Assembly (NCBI RefSeq): GCF_006345805.1
Contig: NW_021825870.1
Location: forward strand, 1-14,234
Source of the DNA: Octopus sinensis
Taxonomy: Eukaryota
Direction of reading: 5' to 3'
DNA length: 14,234 bases
Below are positions 1 to 7,889 of the stretch, piece by piece; the first letter of the stretch is position 1; each line of letters starts with the position of its first letter. The notes beneath the pieces are model-generated. The model did not search any database, was not told the DNA's origin, and was given only the letters and a program-made list of their open reading frames with translations. A program made the translations under genes and the position numbers.

Positions 1-723
1 CATCGAACTGCATGTCACACTCTGGACAAAGTGCTTCTTCAGCCAGCGCTCAGTCTAGGGCCAACCCGTCAAGTTAACAGATTACTGCCACTTGATAGAA
101 CTGGAGATTCCTCAACAGAGATTAGCTACTTGAGAACACTGTGGATTTATGGAACCTCATAAGTATCACCAATTGGTTCGATAACCTGTAATAGTTGTAT
201 TAGTTTGCAGATATGGCCAACACACCTACTTATGGCTCTACATTATCGTATTATTTATCATCTCCTTTATTTGGCGAAAATGAATTGCGACATTGCATAG
301 AAATATCTCACTTTCTACACTCAATATTTCAACTGAATACGCTAATCTCTACAGATGAAATGTAGCTCAATGGCTAAGAAATTCCATTAGTAATTATGTT
401 GTGCCAGGTTCGGTTCTCATTCGTTAGTGCTGTGAATCTGGCTTTTGGGGTCCATATGCGATTTTGCTGTTAGAATTTATGTGCAAGTAATTCATTATAC
501 TACGAACATACGCAAATTATTTCAACAGTTTTCTTTAAACAATTCCTAATATGTAATCATAAAAACGCAATGACTTTTTAAACATCGAATGGCTGCAAAC
601 GTCCAGTTGATTAAAATGAGAATCAAAGTGGATCCACAGCCAGAAACCGGTCGAGAACCGCTGCGTTAGGATTTGGTTTGGCTGCTACTTCTAGCAGGTC
701 AGTGAGCAGGTTCCCGCAAGATT

Positions 724-940
724 CTCTTTTACTCTTTTACTCTTTTACTTGTTTCAGTCATTTGACTGCGGCCATGCTGGAGCACCGCCTTTAGTCGAGC
801 AAATCGACCCCGGGACTTATTCTTTTGTAAGCCCAGTACTTATTCTATCGGTCTCTTTTGCCGAACCGCTAAGTGACGGGGACGTAAACACACCAGCATC
901 GGTTGTCAAGCAATGCTAAGGGAGACAAACACAGACACAT

Positions 941-971
<31 letters not shown>

Positions 972-1134
972 CATATATACGACAGGCTTCTTTCAGTTTC
1001 CGTCTACCAAATCCACTCACAAGGCATTGGTCGGCCCGGGCTATAGCATAAGACACTGCCCAGATGCCACGCAGTGGGACTGAACCCGGAACCGTGAGGT
1101 TGGTTAGCAAGCTACTTACCACACAGCCACTCCT
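724..1134 (-). mobile_element. tRNA-derived SINE, near full length (family A), with internal (CA)/(TA) tract and LINE-like tail ending in (TAAAAGAG)3
   Basis: Minus strand begins AGGAGTGGCTGTGTGGTAAG (A box, plus 1119-1129). B box GGTTCAGTCCC at plus 1076-1086. Internal microsatellite ~930-978. Tail GGCGGTGCTCCAGCATGGCCGCAG (766-789) and terminal (CTCTTTTA)3 at plus 724-747. Resembles recalled octopus SINEs. No TSD found. Confidence 0.85.
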
Positions 1135-1301
1135 TTCTCCAAACTAACTTTCTCCAAACTTGTTGCTGTTTTTATTACTGTAATTGTTATTCTCGTTGTT
1201 AATTGACGTAGACCTTATAACATTTATCAGCGAGGGTGTTACTGGGTTGTTTTGTTTTTTTTTGTCACCTTTCATTTTTATGAGATATTCACTTCTTTGA
1301 C

Positions 1302-1600
1302 GGTGTGTGTGTGTCTGTGTGTGTATGTTTGTTTGTTTGTGTGTGTGGGGAGGATGGGTGCGTGAGTTATTTTCTTTGTATCTGTTCATATTTCTATTAC
1401 ATTTCTTTCATATATATATGTCTTCTATACATGAAGTTGTAGTGTATGTATACGCGTGAGTATATAAGCAACTGTATACTCATGTTTTGCATATGTGTAT
1501 GTGTGTGTGAGTGTGTGTGTGTGTGTACGCGCGTTTGTGTGTATGTGTGTGTGTGTGTGTGTGTTTTGTGTGCTCGTTTGTGTGTAGTATAGTGTAGTGC
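1302..1600. repeat. GT-rich degenerate microsatellite cluster
   Basis: (GT)n, (GTTT)n and TA runs visible directly. Confidence 0.85.
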
Positions 1601-1828
1601 ATTCATTGAACAAAAGTCTGTGACGCAGTCAAAGCTGTTTATACTAGTTTATGAGGTAAGATGTGAAACAAGCCGAGATGCTAAAAGTGAACCTGTGTCA
1701 CTAATAAGGATGACTTGCCATTCTGCTTCTTCACTGACACGGTCTGTTTCGTGAGAAATTATTACTGAAACGAAAACGAGCCACACCAGCGGACTTAACA
1801 TTGTGTGTATAATCTTTGGCACCAGTAC

Positions 1829-2074
1829 TCTGTCTCTCTCTCTCTCACACATACACGCATTCACACATTCATAGATATATACATATAGATAGATCACACC
1901 TATAAATATATAGAGAGAAGAGATAGACAGACAGAGAGAGAGAGAGTGACAGAGAGACAGACCGACAGATGTATTCACTGTATGTGGGGCGTATACATAT
2001 ATAACGTATATTGAATGTGCGTGTATATATATCTGCGTGTTTGCATGTATACACATACACAAACACATACATAC

Positions 2075-2114
<40 letters not shown>

Positions 2115-2275
2115 ATATATATATACATATATATATATATAATATATATTATATATATACATATAATTACATATAACATATTGTATATCTATGTATATAT
2201 ATGTATATATATATACACATAATATACATATATGCATATATAGGTGTATACACACACACACCACACACCCACACA

Positions 2276-2351
<76 letters not shown>

Positions 2352-2380
2352 GATATATATATAATATATATATATATCAT
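1829..2380. repeat. Compound microsatellite (TC)n/(AG)n/(TA)n/(CA)n
   Basis: Directly visible, including a long (TA)n run at ~2278-2342. Confidence 0.95.
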
Positions 2381-2474
2381 ATAGCAAGGAAAACCTCTGA
2401 GCGAGGAGTAAACAGTGGCAGCTCGGAATCTTGAAGTATATTTATCACCACCTAAATGTAGCGGACCTACATTT

Positions 2475-3436
2475 GTATAAATTGTATAAAATCTAAATTA
2501 GGTTTATCCTTAAGGGAGTCAAACCATAGGATAGAATCCCCAGTAAATTTTTCATAAGGGAATTTGAACCTTATCCCTCACGATGGGAATAATACGACCA
2601 ATAATATATTTACTGATTCTACCGAAATCAGATTTGGTCGGGCAGATCAACCTAATCGAAGGATTTGACAAAAAATTCAGATTTATGATCCTTCAATAGG
2701 GCATGGGGAGGGTTTGGAGCATAAGACTGGGCTCTGTCAAGCAGGCCCAAACCAGAGATGACTTCTGAGTGTCGTTAATCCTATCCACAGCATTTTTGCT
2801 TGCATGTTTATTACCAGAGTTTAACTCTTTCAGGATCAAGTCATTATAAATCGTCGGCGGTACAGAATAAATGTTTCCGGTTTTATCCGAACGTTTCCGA
2901 ACGTGGAAATCAGGAGATTATTTCATTGCGGGGATCTTTTCGCTTTGACCGGCAGATTTTTAAAATAATTTCTTTGTATACAGGTAGAATGTGTTTATAA
3001 AACATCTTTTGCTCTTGGCTTTCTTGAGAAAAATTCTGTAGTTTGTAAACTATTTGTTCTTTAATTTCCTGCATATATCTCCGGATCGTTGTCAACAACA
3101 ATAATTTGCAGTTATCTTATCAGACAAGAGTTTCTGGAAAGGATTCGTGTATTTAGAGAACTTCAACCGTTGGATCAAATTCATGAAGTCATGTTCAAAT
3201 TTAGCAAGAGCTGGGTTGAATGGTGGATTCCTATAAGTTTTGTAGTTATAATAGTTTTTTTCCCGTCACGAGAGTCCGTTCCATTCATACTATTGTTATC
3301 CTTTCCGGTATTTTTGATATCAAAGAAGAAAGCACGCCATCTTAGCCTATTAATAAATTCTGTGGTTTTTTTGGACAAGTGATTCTATATATGCATTCTT
3401 CGAGGGTATGGGAATACTTTTCGTCGGAAAACTCAA
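2475..3436 (-). mobile_element. Decayed Penelope-like element (PLE), N-terminal region and first part of the reverse transcriptase, frameshifted and truncated
   Basis: Manual minus-strand translation across frameshifts gives motifs in the expected PLE order: TKSIPIPSKNAY, EFINRLRWRAFFF, YKTYRNPPFNPALAKFEHDFMNLIQRLKF, FQKLLSDKI, RSDKTGNIYSV, LLKDHKSEF, PSIRLICPTKSDFGRISKYII, ILWFDSLKDKPNLDFIQF. It stops just before the first catalytic RT aspartate motif. Confidence 0.85.
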
Positions 3437-3491
3437 ACAATGCTTATTAATAATTCAGCCTATATGAAATGCTCAACGAGCAAATGAATAG

Positions 3492-3717
3492 AACAAGAAT
3501 TAATATTTGTCTCTTTTTCTAGAAACAAAAGGGTTTATAGGACTGCAAAAGAAATGCTCAAATATAAATGAAGATAAAGTAGCGTTGGTTATAGAACAAA
3601 CGCTAAATTTGGGTCTTTCGTTGCTTCTTTATCTTTGTCTCATTTATATTTGAGCACTTCTTTTGCAGTCCTATAAACCCTTTTGTTTCTAGAAAAAGAG
3701 ATAATATTATTCTTGTT
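3492..3717. repeat. Long inverted repeat (foldback), ~90-bp arms and ~39-nt spacer
   Basis: 3511-3571 matches the reverse complement of 3640-3700 at 60 of 61 positions. The match extends imperfectly outward to 3492/3717 and inward to ~3583/3623. Confidence 0.95.
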
Positions 3718-3730
3718 GTAATATATATTG

Positions 3731-3767
<37 letters not shown>

Positions 3768-3846
3768 ATATATTTATATTATATATACATATATATGTGT
3801 TGTGTATATATGTGTATATATGTATATATATGTAATATATTATATG

Positions 3847-3878
<32 letters not shown>

Positions 3879-3958
3879 TATTACATCTATCTATCTATCT
3901 ATCTATCTATCTATATATATATATATATATATAATTATATATATAATATATATATATA
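3718..3958. repeat. (TA)n/(TATG)n/(TATC)n compound microsatellite
   Basis: Directly visible. Confidence 0.95.
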
Positions 3959-3988
3959 AGACTGAGAATGTGTGTCTGTTTGACTGTT

Positions 3989-4019
<31 letters not shown>

Positions 4020-5164
4020 TTGTCTGTCTGTTTGTCTGTCTGTGTGTCTGTATGTGCGCATCTCTAAAACTCGAGAAGTATCCAACCGATTTCATTCAAA
4101 TTCAAGCGACACGTAGTCACTGATCTCGTATCGAAAAAAAAACATGTTTTAAATCTCTGAGCGAGCGAAATACAGTAACAGTACCAGGTAGTAATGTTTT
4201 TATGCCAACATAATGTGATAGGTTGAGGCTGCACAAGCGTCGCAGAAGGAGAAAATTGGGAGTAGAGGATGACCCTTTTTGTCTCAACCGATTCAGTTGC
4301 AAAGTGTTATTTTGAGTAAAGTTATTTGCTTGCAGGCATCCTTTCATTCTTTTTATTATCACTGGGTCATAAATAGTCCCCAGATGGTAACATTAATTTC
4401 AAGACCTTTCCAGATACGTAATTGGTCATTCAAAGAGATTTATAGATTTCAAATTTACTCTGTTCAGTTACCTATCGCAATAGTGATCATTGGCAACCTC
4501 CAAGGGCGACACTTTCATTTCCCCTTAGCCCTGATATCACACAGTTAATGTTTATTTGAGTTGGGTCACGCCCTTCCAAGTGCTATAGATCCATAATGGA
4601 TCTTACGGCTGTGCTGGTCACTTGTATGGTGAGGAATCCTACATTGGGGAGTGGTAACGACTAGGGTAAGGTAGCTGACTGTTTATTGTGATCATTCGTC
4701 TTTTGGTTTCCTCTAGCTTTGCTCTCCTTTACACACCCAGTGAACATTCATATATTTCCAATTACAAAGAAATTTGAACAACAGATATGACACAAATTAA
4801 AAAGGATTTCCAACAATTCAACTGCTCTGGTTGACTTTAAGATCCTCCCCCTTATAGGGGCCTTAACTCCCACATTTTAGGGCTCCATGTGCTCCATTTT
4901 TCAGGAGCAAAATCCTTTGCATGGGTTTAATAAGATTTAGATTTTGGAATCTGGGCATAAAGATGTGTAGTATGGGATAAATACGTCATGATTAGAATTT
5001 TTGTTAGGGTGTGTATAGAGGAAAAGAACCCTCATTAAAATTCTTTATCTGTAATTGTGATGAAATTCGCATCATAGCTCTTCCAGTTCATTAGAGAAAA
5101 TATAAAAGAAAAGTCTAATTTTTCAATTCCATGCGACACAGGCAACGGCGGCTATCTCTGCTGA
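3910..5164 (+). mobile_element. Non-autonomous Helitron-like element with (GTCT)n tract and unexplained internal sequence
   Basis: 5' part: TC+(TA)n+AAGACTGAGAATG, (GTCT/GTTT)n at ~3970-4050, then CTAAAACTCGAGAAGTATCCAACCGATTTCATTCAAATT, resembling Lep1-type Helitron 5' regions (recalled CTAAAACTCGAGAACGGCTGGACCGATTT). 3' part: CAGGCAACGGCGGCTATCTCTGCTGA (5139-5164), a degenerate version of the subterminal hairpin plus CTAG end. That the two ends belong to one element is inferred. Confidence 0.6.
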
Positions 5165-5168
5165 CATA

Positions 5169-5257
<89 letters not shown>
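5165..5257. repeat. (TA)n then (GT)n microsatellite
   Basis: Directly visible. Confidence 0.95.
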
Positions 5258-5259
<2 letters not shown>

Positions 5260-5458
5260 CGTGTGTACCGTTGGCGATTTTGTTTCCTCTGTCTTCCCTT
5301 CTCTGGATCTTTCCTTCTCCAATGTTTCCGACGAAGAGCTCCGCTCGAATCGTTAAACCCTCCTTTTTCCTTCTTTCCTGAGCATCCAATAATACTATAT
5401 TTGTTCCACGTCCTCGCGCTGTTGTGTTTTTTTTGTGCTTTCTTGTTTGGATTAACTT

Positions 5459-5462
<4 letters not shown>
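5258..5462 (+). mobile_element. Short interspersed repeat with hammerhead-like core, probably a solo PLE pseudo-LTR (copy 1)
   Basis: Homologous to the reverse complement of ~10872-11050, e.g. GATCTTTC(C/T)TTCTCC, TGTTTCCGACGAAGA, CCTGAGC(A/G)TC(C/T)AATAATACT, TTCTTGTTTGGATTAACTTTATA. It lies between (GT)n and (TA)n. Confidence 0.7.
5324..5358 (+). ncRNA. Minimal type I hammerhead-ribozyme-like motif (variant core)
   Basis: GTTT-CCGACGA-A-GAGC.TCC.GCTC-GAAT-CG-TT-AAAC. Helix I GTTT/AAAC and helix II GAGC/GCTC pair fully. It differs from CUGANGA..GAAA by U4C, an extra A, and GAAT for GAAA. Confidence 0.5.
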
Positions 5463-5491
<29 letters not shown>

Positions 5492-5596
5492 TATATAGCA
5501 TGCTGGTCAGCCAATTTACCTGCTCACGTGGTCGTACAACCATGTATTGTCCCTTAGTTATGCTATTTTATAAAATCACACAGACAATGCACATAC

Positions 5597-5724
5597 AATT
5601 TTATAGTATCTTCTGTTTGCCACATCCCTCTCCATGTGACCAGTCATATGGGAACCACCAATGTTCACTATTTTCGAAGATGGATCGTTGAACAGGAAAG
5701 GGTTTTCACCTCTCTTGATATATT
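5597..5724 (-). CDS. Possible internal exon, unknown product (YIKRGENPFLFNDPSSKIVNIGGSHMTGHMERDVANRRYYKI)
   Basis: Minus-strand acceptor CATTGTTTCAG and donor GTATGT bound 128 nt with one open frame. No homology recognised; opposite strand to the stronger exon at 12658. Confidence 0.25.
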
Positions 5725-5744
5725 CTGAAACAATGTTCCTTCTT

Positions 5745-5830
5745 TGTGTGTGTGTGTGTGTGAGAGAGATATATATATATAGAGAGAGAGGGAGGGGAGA
5801 GAGAGAGAGAGAGAGAGAGAAGGAGGGGTT
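5745..5830. repeat. (GT)n/(TA)n/(GA)n compound microsatellite
   Basis: Directly visible. Confidence 0.9.
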
Positions 5831-5889
5831 TTTTCATGTATAAAGGAGGGAGAAAGGGAAGGAAGTACTGAAGTGGATAGGTAGTTGAA

Positions 5890-5999
5890 AAATGGGCAAA
5901 CTCGACCTCGGCAGAGTTTGAACTCAGAACGTGAAGACGGGCAAAATGATGGTAATCATTATGCCAAGCGTGCTAACAATTCTGCCAGCTTCCCGCCTT
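5890..5999 (-). mobile_element. Diverged tRNA-SINE head (family B), 3' truncated
   Basis: Aligns with 11930-12038: CTCGGC(A/G)GA(G/A)TTTGAACTCAGAACGT and GTGCTAAC..TTCTGCCAGCT..CCGCCTTT. Confidence 0.8.
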
Positions 6000-6167
6000 T
6001 TCATTCATTAATATCAATGTTTTATTGTCGTTGTTGTTCTGAAGTGGGGGTGGGGGATATATTTCAAATTTGAAAGATGATAAAAGATAATAAACTCTGC
6101 TTAATTAATTAATTTAAACCCATTAGATATACTCCCAATTCATTATACGTATATATAGCATTTTCTG

Positions 6168-6320
6168 TCTACACACACACACACTCACATATATATATAA
6201 TCCTTTACAACACTCATAACCATTATTACACTGTGTGTGAGAATATATACACATAGATACATATTTATATATATATATATTATATATATATATATATATT
6301 ATTATATTTATATATATGCA
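6168..6320. repeat. (CA)n/(TA)n microsatellite cluster
   Basis: Directly visible. Confidence 0.85.
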
Positions 6321-6526
6321 CACTCGTGCCGCTTATGTCCGCCTACGTTCAGTTCACTGGACAATGGATGGCATCGTTTCATGATGATGATAATTATGTC
6401 TACTATTATGATTAATGATGATGAAAATAATTAAGAGGAATGATTGAATGAAAAAGCTATTGTTTAAAAGTTAATTAAACAGGTTAATGTCAAGGGCAGG
6501 TCAAGCTTTTGATATTGTAACATGAC

Positions 6527-6609
6527 TGCTACAACTGCTACTACTGTTACTACTACTGCTACTACTACTAATACTACTTCTACTACCACTACTAATACTA
6601 CTACTAATC

Positions 6610-6656
<47 letters not shown>

Positions 6657-6668
6657 GCTACTACTACT
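6527..6668. repeat. (CTA)n trinucleotide microsatellite, ~47 imperfect units
   Basis: Directly visible; source of the poly-Ser ORF 6501-6737. Confidence 0.95.
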
Positions 6669-6724
6669 GGGCCCGCTGCAGCTTCTGTCTCTAGTAGTTA
6701 GCGATATAAAATATTTAAGAGCCA

Positions 6725-6812
6725 TGTATGTATGCAAATATTATGTATGTATGTATGTATGTATGTATGTATGTATGTACTGTATATAGGTGTGTGTGTA
6801 TGTATGTATATA
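6725..6812. repeat. (TATG)n/(GT)n microsatellite
   Basis: Directly visible. Confidence 0.9.
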
Positions 6813-7611
6813 AAACTTACTGTTCCGTTAATAAATGAAAAAATGTATTGTAAATAAACAAACGACAGGTAAAAAAAAAGCGTATAGCTTATACTGAGTT
6901 TACACACGGACAGAAGACAGAAGCTCCCTGATTTTTCATCAGTTATCAACACGATGGCATTACTCAGTCTCGCGCTATTAATGATAAGACTGAAAGGCTT
7001 TCCATGCTGGCGGTGCCCACGAAAGTTGCGGAATAATATAGGGCCGAGAGCAAATAATTCGCAAGCGGTCGCGTAGCTGACCAATCCTAAATTATTTGTG
7101 TCCCACTGACACATGTCTTGTTATTTGCTGTTTTTCTAATATTTTAGAGTGCATTCTAAGCTTTACCTATAATTATGCAGTTGAGTAATATATTGTTGGT
7201 TATGGCCGGTCAATTAGCTTTACGTCTACCATTGCACTTGGCAATATAGGTGACTCATCGAACCTGCCAGACTCAGGTGCATAACCTCTATGGTTACGCG
7301 CATCGGGTCATGATAGTCTTGGTCAGGTTAATTGTGAAAAATGTATGAAACGAAATCATTCCCAAATCATAAATACTTTTTCTGGGAGGAATAGAGTTAT
7401 CGCTTTTTAAAAGATTCCAGCTGTGTCCGAAATGTCAGTTTACATACTTTCCTTTTTTTGCTTTTTGTTTTTTGTTTCTTTTTTGTGTTGTTCACTATTC
7501 TGCAAACCAGTAAGACCACCGCTTACAAATGAATTTTCTATCATGAGGGCACCGACTAAAATCTCACTTTTTTAATTCAATAAAGTATCCGGATCGTGCA
7601 ATATTTTAGGA

Positions 7612-7613
<2 letters not shown>

Positions 7614-7667
<54 letters not shown>
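7614..7667. repeat. Perfect (AT)27
   Basis: Directly visible. Confidence 0.95.
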
Positions 7668-7669
<2 letters not shown>

Positions 7670-7786
7670 TTTTAATTATATATAGATTCTCATCCGCTTG
7701 GGAAAAGTAGGTAATGTAATCATCTCATTTTTCGTAGTAATGCCCCAACATAGCTGTAGTCCAAATAGAATAGAAGGTAAAAGATT

Positions 7787-7889
7787 ATATATATTATATA
7801 TATATATATATATAATGTATGTATGTATGTATGTATGTATGTATGTATGTATATATTATGTATATATATATATATATGTATGTATGTAT
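7787..7889. repeat. (TA)n/(TATG)n microsatellite
   Basis: Directly visible. Confidence 0.95.

Noticed and set aside
10-120. Faint similarity to the family A SINE body
   Set aside because: Too diverged to support by eye.
1617-1655. 39-nt plus-strand exon ending at GAG|GTAAGA
   Set aside because: The donor is good but the acceptor has no pyrimidine tract; there is no other support.
1649-1801. Minus-strand small ORF with a signal-peptide-like start (MLSPLVWLVFVSVIIS)
   Set aside because: Short, with no homology or promoter evidence; expected by chance.
2939-3113. PLE insert as a retained spliceosomal intron (some PLEs do carry introns)
   Set aside because: No GT..AG boundaries or polypyrimidine tract on the element's sense strand at the inferred junctions.
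6501-6737. Poly-serine ORF
   Set aside because: It is the reverse complement of the (CTA)n microsatellite.
6698-7114. 138-aa minus-strand ORF with a GTAAGT donor near 6820
   Set aside because: No recognisable homology, a T-rich end, no convincing acceptor, and it runs into microsatellite.
7447-7590. Long polypyrimidine tract followed by CAG as a splice acceptor
   Set aside because: All downstream frames hit a stop before any donor.
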